In this document: positions 1-12,186 of the stretch, piece by piece
Layout: every line of letters starts with the position of its first letter
Position numbering within the stretch: position 1 is the stretch's first letter
Assembly: GCF_001194135.2 (NCBI RefSeq)
Contig: NC_068993.1
Location: 17,201,420-17,264,984 of the forward strand
Origin: Octopus bimaculoides
Taxonomy: Eukaryota
DNA length: 63,565 bases
Direction: 5' to 3'
Position numbers and translations under genes: made by a program
Notes under the pieces: generated by a model
What the model saw: the letters and a program-made list of their open reading frames with translations, nothing else
Database searches by the model: none
Told to the model about the DNA's origin: nothing

Positions 1-32
1 ACCGGAGTAAGCACATAAAATGTGCTAACAAA

Positions 33-72
33 ACTGTCCGATGAACGGGAACGTGAAACTCAGAGTAACAGT
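33..72 (+). ncRNA. Type I hammerhead-ribozyme-like motif with variant core CCGAUGA, probably from a Penelope-like element terminal repeat
   Basis: Stem I ACTGT(33-37)/ACAGT(68-72); core CCGATGA (38-44); stem II ACG-GGAA-CGT; GAAA (55-58); stem III ACTC-A-GAGT; GUA triplet ending at 67. Preceded by an AGCACAT/ATGTGCT hairpin and followed by AATAAA and (TA)n. Confidence 0.6.
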
Positions 73-105
73 CTTTTGTTATATTTCTGCTGCTTTTAAA
101 TAAAG

Positions 106-138
<33 letters not shown>

Positions 139-1321
139 GTGTGTGTGTGTGTGTGTGGTTGTAAAATTTTTTTCATAACATAATAGGTTAGATAGGATGA
201 TGTCTACATTACAATATTACAATAACCATCATGGTGTGTATGTATAGTAATATTATGATCATGAAATTAGCATTAGCTTATCTCACCCTTTCTCATGGAA
301 CCCTTTTGCGGAACCCTAGGGGTTCTGGGGAACCCTGGTTGAGAAACTCTGCCCTGGAGGATGGCAAGGGAACTGCACCTGAACAACCACTCTGACTCAT
401 GGAGCTCACATTTGCAGATAGCCATCTCCACCCCACTAGCAGTGAGCAAAAATGTGGTCCAAAGGACAAGAACGCTGAAGGTAATCACTGTTTAAGTTCA
501 AAAAGATGAATACTAGTTGAGCACTGGAGTCGATGTAATCAACTTAGCTACTACCTGGGTAGGCATACAAGAAAACTGCATCCCTTTGCCAAACTGTCAA
601 GCCAGTGTGGCCGAGTAGGCTCATGAAACTAGTATGGTCTCAAGCGCAAATTCACAGCCTCCACATCAGACTGTGGTTGGTGAAGAGAACATCCTGAAGC
701 CTTCAACCTGCAATCCACATATATACACACACACACACACATATGTATACACATGGACACATACACGCATTTATATACACCCCTTAGTACGTATATACAC
801 ACGGTAGTTGTGTGGTGATTGATATTAAAGCAGTACTATATGTATAGAAAAATGATGCTTATATTAATTAGTAAGATACTAAATGATTGACAATTAATAA
901 AGGTAATGGGTTGTCTATTAATCTACAGAGATAAGGAGCAAGAAGAAGGGGTTGAATGAGTAAAAATTACTTGTAAAAACTAAGTTAATATTATTACCTA
1001 AGTTTACTTAGGTAATCACGTTCTATATCTGTTGGTGCAAGGGTTTTTTCCAAGAGATGAAATAAAATGTTATATTGTTCAGTAATTTATACGTCATAGA
1101 GCAGAGAGAGGAGAATATTTAAATGTTTTGGATTCATCTTTAATTCCAATTACGAAACTGATACCCGTAATGATATAGATATTAATATTGACAGCAACGA
1201 TAAATACAATGATCATTCTCATCATAAAACTATTGACGATAACAAACAATCAAACATTTCTTGACATTATAGGGGAAGTAACCGACAGTTTAAACCCTTT
1301 TTCAATAATAATAATAATAAA

Positions 1322-1528
1322 TTGAAGTTCTTTAGAAATAATAATAACACACATTCTAAACCCGAGTCTGATAAAAGTATCTGGCTGATAATTCCATTTG
1401 GAAAACATTTAAAATCAAATCTGGTTTCCCAGTTCGGAAATGCTGTTAATAAGAATTTTCCAAGACATTCTCACTATTTCCCAGTCATAAACACGCACAA
1501 GGTTAGATTCGGAGTAGCATCTATTTGA
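1322..1528 (+). mobile_element. Degenerate Penelope-like retroelement ORF fragment (RT-to-GIY-YIG linker region)
   Basis: SIWLIIPFGKHLKSNLVSQFGNAVNKNFPRHSHYFPVINTHKVRFG resembles the PLE linker pattern I-W-F-x-P-P-[FY]...KTN[IV]...[HN]FP...I[FI]NR.  Recognised from memory, not by search. Confidence 0.5.
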
Positions 1529-1639
1529 CATGGATTTGCTGTAACGTAGGTTATCTCCCTTATGTTTATGTAAAATGTCGTGCTGAATTCCCCAAAATAA
1601 AAAGCCAAAATTGACCCCTATTGAAGGAAAAAATGAAAA

Positions 1640-2160
1640 AATAAATAGCCGATTCCAGGTATTTTCGACCATAAGGAATCTATTGTTGCGAGTCCCAGAT
1701 TGCTATCTTGTAAGGTGTGGATTTCTATAGATGCAACACACACACACAAACTCACCTATACAATATGTACTGATATTGATACGGATAATTGGAAAACGAA
1801 GTTTCGTAACATTGTTTACAAAATAATAGGGGAGCAGTAAAAAGAGGAAATTTTATAAAAATCTGTTATCTCTGTCGCTCTCACTCTCTCTCTCTCTCTT
1901 TGCAACGTCGCTAGAAGGGGACTTAACTCATGTTTGCAAATAATGGCGACTTTAAAATTGTTAGAATTTATGGTTTAAAATTATTTTTAATGCAAAAATT
2001 CACGTGTTAGGAAGCAACCAAAACAAAAAAACAAATGGCCGATTTCGGGAATTTTCGACCATGAGAAATCCATTGGTGCGACTCCCAAATTGCTATCTTG
2101 TAAGGTGTGGTTTTCTATAGATGTAACACACACACACACACACTCACCTATACTATACTA
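1640..2160. repeat. Two diverged ~125-bp direct repeats (about 1640-1765 and 2030-2155), each ending in (CA)n
   Basis: Shared core GCCGATT..ATTTTCGACCAT..GCGA[G/C]TCCCA[G/A]ATTGCTATCTTGTAAGGTGTGG[A/T]TTTCTATAGATG[C/T]AACACACACAC..CTCACCTATAC. Confidence 0.8.
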
Positions 2161-2477
2161 TACTATATATATATATAAATATTAGTTATAGAATAAAAAC
2201 ACTGGGTTAACGACTCAACATATCACACACCCCTCAATAAACATATATAAGAAATACAACATAATCCATCAAAACATAAGGAATAAGAAGATACAACGCA
2301 AGAAGAAATAATAAATAAAAAATATAGCATATATAGTATAAAATTTTATACACGAATATACTTACTGAAATTGCAAATTATTTAAAATATAAAAATATAA
2401 TTTTCAACGGAGAGAATACAAATGAAGTTTGAAGTTAAGTTTAAAAATAAATGTGATACTTACGCTCCGTAGATATT

Positions 2478-3030
2478 TTATACTCTGTAATGTTTCAAAC
2501 GCATGGATATAAGGTGTCGAATTTGTTCCAATAACTTACCGAAGATTTCGGCCTTAAATTCATAACACCACATGAATTCAATGAGATGTGATTGAAGTAA
2601 ATTTCGGGCTGTTCCATTTTCTCTTTTGTTGCGATTCTTTACATGCTTCCATAAGCATTCTATGTGGTTGGTTGTGGCAAATGTTACCGGATCAACAAAA
2701 TTTATGGAATGATTTACAGTCAAATGTCTACATCCTAGCTGATTGAGCGTATTATATGAACGCCAGAGGTCAGAAATTATAGTCGTACCAGGCAATATAC
2801 GCTCTTGTATAATTTCTAAAAGAGTGTCTGCCACCAAAACACATCTTGTATCCCTTTCCAAAGCACCAAACACCCATTGCGTTTTAACCCGATGGCCAAC
2901 ATTGTATTTTCTTCTGACAAATGCACTTTCATGTATCTCCACAATTCGGTTTGGCCCTCCGAGCTTAATGTTTTGTGCAACATAATATTCTCCACATATA
3001 TCACGGCAAACATTTCGGTACTACTAAAGA
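2478..3030 (-). mobile_element. Decayed Merlin / IS1595(ISXO2)-like DDE transposase, C-terminal half
   Basis: In-frame reading extends upstream of the listed ORF: ..VCRDICGEYYVAQNIKLGGPNRIVEIHES..RKYNVGHRVKTQWVFGALER..ILPGTTIISDLWRSY..HLTVNHSINFVDP..TNHIECLW. The first catalytic Asp is mutated (EIHES for EIDES) and there is an internal deletion after GALER. Confidence 0.85.
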
Positions 3031-3310
3031 AGAGTGGTCCGCGACCGCGCTAGCTAGTCGTGAGTAGTCGATCCTACAAGTGCGAATGCGCGTTTGCAAA
3101 TGAAAACATTTACGCGTGCGCGCAAGCGCGCTCTTTTTACGGCTGAAATGACTGAATATATATAAAAAATACCGGCCTAGCTAAAGGCATCTGGAAAATG
3201 TAAAACTGGTGTCAGAGAAAAACCATTGTTCCAACGTGGGAAAAGTCCTGTTGTAGTGTTAATTCAAATTTGGCTATGGTGGATCGAATCTTCTTCATGC
3301 ATGCAAGATC

Positions 3311-3354
<44 letters not shown>

Positions 3355-3431
3355 GAAGTGTAATGATGCTTAACAAGCATCTACCTGCTAGAAATAAGAG
3401 CTAACTTCAAATCTCAGTGTTTGAATGTTTC

Positions 3432-3479
<48 letters not shown>

Positions 3480-3896
3480 ATCCATCAACATTTGTGTCTT
3501 AAACACAGCCTTAGTTTGACCTTGTGAGTGAAATCTGGTAAATGGAAACAGCACAGAGTGCTGTCGTGCACATTGCATGTATGTGTATCTCAGCAAAAAT
3601 ATAGAGAAAATTGCTGATAGGTGTCTCAAAGAAAGATACCTTACAATATTTATGACTCCCTCGAGTTGGTGACACTCACCTTTCATTGTTCCCTGCAATT
3701 GATTGGAAACCAACAATGCTTCACAAATGCCTATTATAAAAATATAGACATAAGTACCATTGATGATGCCTTCGTTAATTATATTTCAGACTTTTGGTAC
3801 CGAGATGATTACTCACAAAATGCATGTTAAGAAACAAAATAACTGCAACAGTGACTTTTTAGTCAAGCAGAGTTAAGGCCCTTGCCTTGAGATATT

Positions 3897-4279
3897 TTAC
3901 TCTTTTACTTGTTTCAGTCATTTGACTGCGGCCATGCTGGAGCACCGTCTTTAGTCGAGCAAATCAACCCCAGGACTTATTCTTTGGATGCCTAGTACTT
4001 ATTCTATCGGTATCTTTTGCCGAACCGCTAAGTTACGGGGACCTAAACACACCACCATCGGTTGTCAAGCGATGTTGGGGGGACAAACACAAACATATAC
4101 ATATATATATATACATATATACGACAGGCTTCTTTCAGTTTCCGTCTACCAAATCCACTCACAAGGCTTTGGTCGGCCCGAGACTAAAGTAGAAGACACT
4201 TACCCAAGGTGCCACGCAATGGGAATGAAACCGGAACCATGTGGTTGGTAACAAGCTACTTACTACACAGCCACTCCTG
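3897..4279 (-). mobile_element. tRNA-headed SINE family A (CORE-like ACCTTGGGCAAGT motif, internal microsatellite), CpG-intact copy
   Basis: Near-identical to copies at 6570-6983 and 48960-49400. The reverse complement starts GGAGTGGCTGTGTAG... with A/B-box-like motifs, followed by GGCACCTTGGG[T]AAGTGTCTTCTAC. Confidence 0.85.
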
Positions 4280-4679
4280 TTGTTTTTTTGTAATGGTCTG
4301 AAGGCAATTGTAAAGGAATATAACGAGAAGTTCAGTATTTCATTGAATAACTAATTAGAGTTGTGTAAAAAGTAATTATTGCATATAAAACCGATGCGCT
4401 CGTGTTTGTACTAACAGAACATGGGCTGGTTACCAAAAAAAAAAAAAAAAAAAAAATTAAGGTGGGCTCCATTGTCAGTTGCTTAACTGTTCAAAACCAC
4501 AACCAAATTTGCCTCATATTACAACCCTGTGATTTAGAAAAGAAAGAAAGCATACAACAGGGAGTGTAGTCCTAGATAATATTATACTTCAGATTGATAA
4601 AAAATGTGATAGCCACATCACAGGTCTGGTCGATCAAAGGCTGACCTGAGGTTAAACATTAAACAACTAACTGAAGAGT

Positions 4680-6037
4680 GGAGGGGAGACCAAAAGTTCT
4701 TGACAGAGGTTATTAGATGTCCTTAAGTGCTGTATCATGTTTCTGGTCAAGTCCACCTTGGACAATATTATTGCTGTGAATGACTAAGTGTATCTCATAG
4801 CACGTGGCTACTAGGTAGCTGAAACAATTTTTTCTGGTAAGTACAGTCTTTTTGGAGTATTCTTGCTCATTTTCATGATTCTGATATTTTAATTTTTTTT
4901 GTTGCAAATTTTTGAAAAAACAAGTGTCAAGGTTACAAGGAAAATGGAGAAAACTGAGTATCGTGCTGTCATAAAGTACCTTCATTTGAAAATCCATGAA
5001 GATATGGTGAGAACCTTAACAGACAATGCTCCTTCATATGCAACAATCAAACGCTGGGTAAATAAATTCCAGCGTGGCAGGAAGAGTGTGGAAGATGATC
5101 CCACACCAAGGAGACCTCCAACTGCAACCACCGAGGACAACACTGACCTTGCTCTTGGTATGATAATGCAAGATCGTCGAATATCATGTCGTCAGATAGC
5201 CGAGAGACTGGGCATCTCAACTGAAAGAGCAGACAACATTGTGACAAAAGAACTTGTGTTCTCGAAGGTTTCTGCAAGGTGGGTCCCTCGCCTTTTGACT
5301 CCTGAACAGAAATGCACCAGGTGCACTTTGTCCACGAGCAATCTGGAACTGTTTGAAGCTGATGAAGAGAATTTTCTTGCTCGTTTCATTACTATGGATG
5401 AAAGTTGGGTTCATCACTACCAGCCTGAAACCAAAGAACAAGCAAAGCAGTGGAAGCACACATCTTCTCCTAGCCCAAAGAAGACCAGGTTCATTCCTTC
5501 AGCTGGCAAGGTCATGGTGTCAATTTGTTTGGATTCTCAAGGTGTCTTGCTGATCGATTACCTTGAAAAGGGTCGCACCGTGACAGGGATGTATTATTCT
5601 CAGCTACTGAAATGCCTCCAAGAAGCAATCAAAGAAAAATGGCCGGGAATGCTCACCAGAGGTGTCCTTTTTCATCACGACAATCCTCCAGCCCACACCT
5701 CAGTGGTTGCCATGGCAACAATTCGTGATTGTGGATACAAACTTGTTCCCCATCCACCTTATTCACCAGACTTAGCTCCCTCTGACTTTCATCTATTCCC
5801 AAAAATGAAAAAAGCCCTGGCTGGTCACCATTTTGCCAGTGACAATGATGTCATAGATACTGTAGGAAGTTTCTTGGAGTCTCAAACAAAAGAGTTCCTC
5901 CACGCCAGGATAATGGTGCTTCAGCACCGCTGGAGAAAGTGTTCAGCCATCGAGGGGGACTATGTTCAAAGATAAATCATCAGAAGTCTTGTACTACGTT
6001 TTGTTTTTTTGAGGCTCAAGACTTCATACACCCCTCG
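4680..6037 (+). mobile_element. Full-length mariner (Tc1/mariner) transposon, about 1.36 kb, with diverged TIRs
   Basis: Left end GAGGGGAGACCAAAAGTTCTTGA versus reverse complement of the right end CGAGGGGTGTATGAAGTCTTGA. TA follows the right end (6038-6039). Encloses the transposase ORF. Confidence 0.8.
4944..5975 (+). CDS. Mariner DD34D transposase (uninterrupted but probably non-functional)
   Basis: ATG at 4944 (MEKTEYRAVIK). Motifs WVPRLL, ITMDESWV, HHDNPPAH, YSPDLAPSDFHLF, with 34 residues counted between the second and third catalytic Asp. Short apparent in-frame deletion in the first HTH region (LHLK^IHEDM). Confidence 0.9.
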   Translation: MEKTEYRAVIKYLHLKIHEDMVRTLTDNAPSYATIKRWVNKFQRGRKSVEDDPTPRRPPTATTEDNTDLALGMIMQDRRISCRQIAERLGISTERADNIVTKELVFSKVSARWVPRLLTPEQKCTRCTLSTSNLELFEADEENFLARFITMDESWVHHYQPETKEQAKQWKHTSSPSPKKTRFIPSAGKVMVSICLDSQGVLLIDYLEKGRTVTGMYYSQLLKCLQEAIKEKWPGMLTRGVLFHHDNPPAHTSVVAMATIRDCGYKLVPHPPYSPDLAPSDFHLFPKMKKALAGHHFASDNDVIDTVGSFLESQTKEFLHARIMVLQHRWRKCSAIEGDYVQR

Positions 6038-6217
6038 TAATTACATATCTATGAAATGACATTGTAGGATGAGAGGCCAGTTCTAGCCAGCTTGAACATA
6101 AAACAGGTAAAATATCTGGGCTGGTTTAAATGCTTAGAATTCACATAAAATGATTTATTTGTAAAAATCATTTCCATCTTGTACTGGAGATCAAGAACAT
6201 TATTCATGTACATATTG

Positions 6218-6783
6218 TAGGTACAGGAGTGGCTGTGTGGTTAAGAAGTTTGCTTCCCTACCTTGTAGTTTCATGTTCAGTCCCACAGTATGGCACCATA
6301 TGCAAGTGTTTTTTACTATAGCTTCAGACCTTGTAACTAGATTTGGTAGACGGAAATCGAAAGAAGCCAGTTTTATGCGTACATGTGAGTTTATGCATAA
6401 TTTTATCTTGATGTCATGTGATGATTGCAAATGTGCACCATCCTCATACACGTGAGGTTGTTTGTTTCCAGTCTTCCATGAAAAACCTGTCTGGCCAAGG
6501 GAAAATATCTTGTTTGGAAACAGGTGAGGGTTGGCAAGAGGAAGGACATCCAGTTGTAGAAACACTATTCTTTTACTCTTTTACTTGTTTCAGTCTTTTG
6601 ACTGTAGCCATGCTGGAGCACCGCCTTTAGTCGAGCAAATCGACCCCAGGACTTATTCTTTAGAAACCTAGTACTTATTCTATCGGTCTCTTTTGCCGAA
6701 CCGCTAAGTTACGGGGGACATAAACACACCAGCATCGGTTGTCAAGCGATGTTGGGGGGACAAACACAGACACACAAACACAT

Positions 6784-6816
<33 letters not shown>

Positions 6817-6983
6817 CGATGGGCTTCTTTTCAGTTTCCGTCTACCAAATCCACTCACAAGGCTTTGGTCGGCCCGAGGCTATAGTAGAAGACACTTGCC
6901 CAAGATGCCACGCAGTGGGACTGAACCCGGAACCATGTGGTTGGTAAGCAAGCTACTTACCACACAGCCACTCCTACGCCTGT
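6218..6983. mobile_element. Two adjacent SINE family A copies: plus-strand older copy (~6218-6560) and minus-strand young copy (~6570-6983)
   Basis: GGAGTGGCTGTGTGGTTAAG head at about 6226 and its reverse complement at about 6955-6975; both share the GGTAGACGGAAA body. Confidence 0.8.
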
Positions 6984-7812
6984 GTCAACAAATTCCATCT
7001 GACTAAAGCAAGCATGGAAAAGTGGATGTTAAATGATGATGATTCATTAACCAACATTAAAAAGAAATTAATTGCATTCTCTCTTCTCTCCATAACTGAG
7101 GCATTTTTCATTAGTGATGAAAATAAAGCAAAGATTAATTGAACAGAACCAACTTTGGGAAGAAAAAAAAAAAAAAAGAAAGCAATTTGGCTTTTGAAAT
7201 AAGAGCCTGTCAAAATTCTATTAATAAGGGAAATTCATTTGAAGAATTTGACTTAAATAAATAACTTTTATGACAGGAAGTAAGAAAATACGGGCTTGCT
7301 GTAGAAAATAAATGAATTTATGGTACAAATGTAATTTTAAACAAGAAATGAAAATTATTCAAATGTGATATGATTTATTTTCTTAGAATACACACATCTA
7401 CTTACAATGGTTATCTTTTTGTTTTGTTTGCTGTGGTGCTTTTTCTTGCTTTTTTTTTTTAATACATTTTTTTTGAACTTTTTTTAAAAATAAAATTGAT
7501 TTTAAAGATCTCATCAATGCATATGTCACTGTATAACATTTTGGTTGTGACCTTTCAATTTTCTACATAACAAAAACAACTTCTCAACTTTCTCTCTCTC
7601 TCTCTCTCTCCCATTCTCACCTTTTTCATTTTAACATTGAAGTACACACTATCATTCTTGCTTTACAGTTTTTTTTTGTTCTTTTTTGTTTGTTTTTTTC
7701 TTTTGAGGGGTGGGGGAATAACAAAAAAGATGAAAATGCCAACATTATAACAGCAGATGATATTTTAGAAAATAAATTTACGTGATTTCTCTTTAAGGGG
7801 GAGCGGGGGGGG

Positions 7813-7912
7813 NNNNNNNNNNNNNNNNNNNNNNNNNNNNNNNNNNNNNNNNNNNNNNNNNNNNNNNNNNNNNNNNNNNNNNNNNNNNNNNNNNNNNNNN
7901 NNNNNNNNNNNN
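7813..7912. other. Assembly gap (other gaps at 20902-20911, 33005-33278, 44675-44790, 62234-62553)
   Basis: Runs of N. Confidence 1.
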
Positions 7913-8559
7913 ACACATATATATACATACACATATATATACATACACATATATATACACACGTATATATATATATACATACATATATATATATACATAT
8001 ACAATAGTTCTACTTAACTGCACAAGCTGATTTGGAAAATGATAAACAAGTAGGGACAATATAAAACAAAACCTATGTCGACTAATTAAATGCTAACAGA
8101 TTTTGGTTTGATATGACTAGGCCCAAAGTTCCATGAATTTTGAAAATGAGATATTGTAATGTCTGTTTTTCTGAAAAGATTAACAACGTAGGTGAATGGA
8201 ATTAAAACTGGATTGCAATCTTGAATTTTTAAGGAGCACATCTCTCATTCCGTTGTGATTGACAGGAAAGGAAGGTTTGTACAGCAGAAGCTCTTGCTAT
8301 GTTCTTTCGGGAACATGTCATCCATCTTTGGTCTCCATTTGGAACCAAGCTGGCTACATCATGATGAAACACAGATGAGAGTAGTCACAGCATCTCTGAC
8401 CCTCAGTGAAGATTGACTCCACAGAACACAAAACACTTTAGAAATTCTGCTCAGCCTCTGTATACTGATACACTGTAAGCAGTCTTCCTCCCTAATCAAA
8501 ACAGGTTTGGAGAAGAGGGAGGTTAATTTTGTGCAACTCTCCCACACTTAAATCCAATT

Positions 8560-9770
8560 TCTGTGTAAATCAGCAGATGAAGATGTACTGAAAGCTGTGG
8601 TCACAAAATGCACAGTTGTCTATCGTCATATGATCATCCTTTACTGATATTGAATTAGTGATGGAGTCCAGCAGCCCCTTGGTAACTAAGTAGAGACTTC
8701 AGAGACTAAATAAACTGCGTATCTCCACAGTCCAAGGAAGAGTCTAGTAAAAGTGGCCTACACACCTTTACACTTATGTTTCTTAGCTTACTAGATGTCA
8801 AAGATACCAAACACATAAATGTAAAAACAAAAAACAACGCTCAGTCACATGGAATGTGCTAATGCTCATGGACAGCACCAAAGCAGAAAAACTGAAGAGA
8901 ATGGTCCTGATTGCTAGGGAGCCAGGTCACAGAAACAAGAGCTTCACTGGTTCATGCCACAACCACCAGCAACGCTAACACACTGACAAACCCTGAGGAA
9001 GTCAAGGTAACGCTATTAGATGAATTGAACTTCTTTGTCAAGTTTATGTGAAATCAAGACAAATTTATTGCTCTTAGTGATTTCAATGCCAGGGTTAGAT
9101 GTGACTATGAAAACCAGTGAGTGATCAATGACAATACTGAAATCAGAAGATACAACAGTTACAGTCTTAAGTAGAGAACATGTGCAGAGTCTCCTACTCA
9201 CAAATACAATTTTTGCCTGCTTCACTACAAGACATAAAGGATGCAGTCTCACTTGGAATGGCTACACACATCAAATCCAGATTCAGTGTCTGTATACAGC
9301 CTCAGACAAGGAAACCCTTAATCAGGAAGCTGAATGTCTTGATGCAGCTCTGTCTCTATCAAAGTGACAATCTAGAGACCAAATGCGAAAAGCTTCACCT
9401 CACTTCTGCTGGTGTCAAAGACCAACTCTATTAAATGACACTGGAATAACTTGGTGCCAAATTGTACAAGTGCAAGGTTAAGTACTATAAACCTGAGAAA
9501 CAGGCCTTCCTAGACCAGAGGCAGTCTTCTCAGAGCTCGTCACAATCCAAGGTGCTTTTATTACGATATGCAAGATAATCTAAGGAGAATTTCAAATGCA
9601 GGACTCAGAGTCAACAAGAGAGTGGATATTCAGTTGTATACAGATAGCGAGAATATGAGATGCTTTGCGAGCTATCTACAGCCCATAGCCAGCGTATTTC
9701 TGCTGCTGAGTACAGATAGATCAGCAGTGATGATGAACAAGAAGACCTCTGGCAAAAATTAACTGAGCAG
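8560..9770 (+). mobile_element. Degraded, internally deleted RTE-clade LINE (AP-endonuclease remnant plus 3' end)
   Basis: TLTNPEEVK..DEL..QDKFIALSDFNARV matches the endonuclease motif LGDFNARVG; LLTNTIF and RKLNV follow; many stops and frameshifts. Confidence 0.7.
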
Positions 9771-9799
9771 GTCCACTCTCCTGAAATGTCCCTTCACTG

Positions 9800-12129
9800 A
9801 CAATGGAGGCAATAAGTTACTTCAACAAGAGAGGAAAAATATATTAATCGTTAGTCATTCACAGACACAGCCATGTGTGATATTATGGTCATTATCCCTA
9901 AGCATGAATATTTCACGATTATTATTAGAGATGTGATGTGAAATGCTTACAATTAAGAATTGAAACCAAATTGCAGATTCAGTTTTTTTTAGAATTCACC
10001 TCTACATACAATGGTATTCCGAATGTTATTACTAATTTGTTCATTTTAATATCTCCAATTTAAAAGAATAGCCTATATAAATATCTTATAAAACTAACTT
10101 GACTGAAAAGAACATAAAAAAAAAAATGCATTTTTAAAAATAGTTTCCAACGAGGTCGCTATTTGTCAATTCATTCATGAGTGGATATGAAGAAGGAAAA
10201 AAACCAAGAGTTATTATTCCTTGACAGAAAGGAAGAGTAATGACAATTTGACTTCACTGACACAGCCACAACCTTGACTAGGATGATAAGAGGGTTTAAC
10301 CAAATGAAGTGATGCAGCTTAAAAAAAAAAAAAAGACTTATGCTGATGACTGGTTGGAAAACAAAGTGATCTACTTGAAGGACTTAATTGGCACCCTTTA
10401 AGGAAATACTCTTTATAAAAAAATTTTTTTTAATTTCCAATTAGCGCTTCTGAGTAAAAATTTTTTAATTTTTTGGTAGTGTAAGACAGTTACGAAAAAA
10501 TTCTAGCAAACTGAAATTTGCACTGAAGATAATTCTAAGAATTAATATAAGACAAACATTCTATCAACCTTTAATGCTGCCTATAAGTATTTTATATAGG
10601 GGCAAAAATAACATCACTTTATAACAGTATGCAGGCACCTCTTGATAGTTGTAAGTGGAAACTCTTAGCTCAAAGTTGGATGATAAATACTATCTTTGTA
10701 GTTAATAATTTCTTTCTTAGATACAAAGCAAGTTTAGTAGTAGAGAAATATAGTTGAGTCAATCTCAGCATATTTCTGTTATTTATTTTTTTAACCAACA
10801 TAGATTTTTTTCAAGTTCATTACATTTTATGGCCAAATTAAATATTTTGTTCAAAATAAACACCAGTTTTAAAGATGGAATGAAGAAAACAAACTACAAA
10901 TACTGTTCATGTCCTCTTGAGTATAAATGAAGACAAAATTAAAAACATAAATAAAATAATTAGTGTTGGACCATTTCTCCACACAATGAGATGATAAAAT
11001 TATACTTTACTACTAACTTACACTTTGCTGGAAATTTTCCCAGTAACTTTTTTTTTTCCACAATATATATTTTTTGTATTGTTCCCCATTAATGTTTGTT
11101 TTTTTTTAATATTTTTAAAATTTTTTTTTTCTTTTATACTAAATAAACAAATATTATTCCTAACAACTGGACTTGAAAAAACTTCAGGTTAAAAAAATAT
11201 TTGAGAGAAAACTCACCGGGTGTTTAATATCTATAGATAAAAACGAAACACATAATTGACATGCATGGCAAAGACTAATTCGAATAGCCAATGTTGTCAC
11301 ACATGAAAGGAAAGGGATGGGGGAAAGCTGGAACCAATAGAAAAGCAACAAGCATGTGAGGAAGCTAGCTATATGGTAATTGCAGACAAGACAAGCTGTG
11401 GAGTTGGTTAAACAAAACAGTAACCAAATCTCAATAATTTCCAAAAAAAAAACAAAAATGTAAGTTAAAAGTAAGCCCTGATTCTTATTGGTTAAAGAAA
11501 CAACAACGAAAAAAAAAAAACTTGATTTCCTAATAAGAAGAGTTAAATAGATATTCATGCCCTAGCAAAAGTCATAAAGTTATGTTAAATGGTTATGATA
11601 GACAATTGAAACTTGGTCAGATTCAAATCCCCTGGATGTACTATTGAACCAAGGTTGTAGTAACTAAGAGTATATTATAAATGCATGAAGCAAAGCATTT
11701 TGACATAACAAAAGCTGTGTGTGCTTTCAGTGAACAGGCAATGTAACAAAGTAGTTGAAACTGGAACTAAAAACCAAATTCAGTTTGCAGAGGAGAGAAC
11801 ATAGTGTCATATTACACAGAACTCGCTCACACCATAACAATAAGGCTTATCTCTTCAAGAAACAAAAAAAAAAGGAAAAAGAAAAGAAAAAAAACATGAG
11901 AAAAGAAACAAATGACTTTTTTTTTTTTTTATCAATATAAATATTGATGTACCCTAATAGTCAGTCTGCTGAAGAACAAGATTACAAGATTATATGTAAT
12001 GCCCAATATGTAAACCAAATAAATTGATCTGAATAGAACAACCATGTAGATATACCTAAATGTGTGTGTGTGTGTGTGTATAAAATGCATTATGTATACG
12101 TGTATATATACACAAACACAAATGTGTAT

Positions 12130-12186
<57 letters not shown>

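Noticed and set aside
4944-5975. Domesticated SETMAR-like gene
   Set aside because: No SET domain or upstream exon is visible, TIR remnants persist, and the substitutions look like neutral CpG decay
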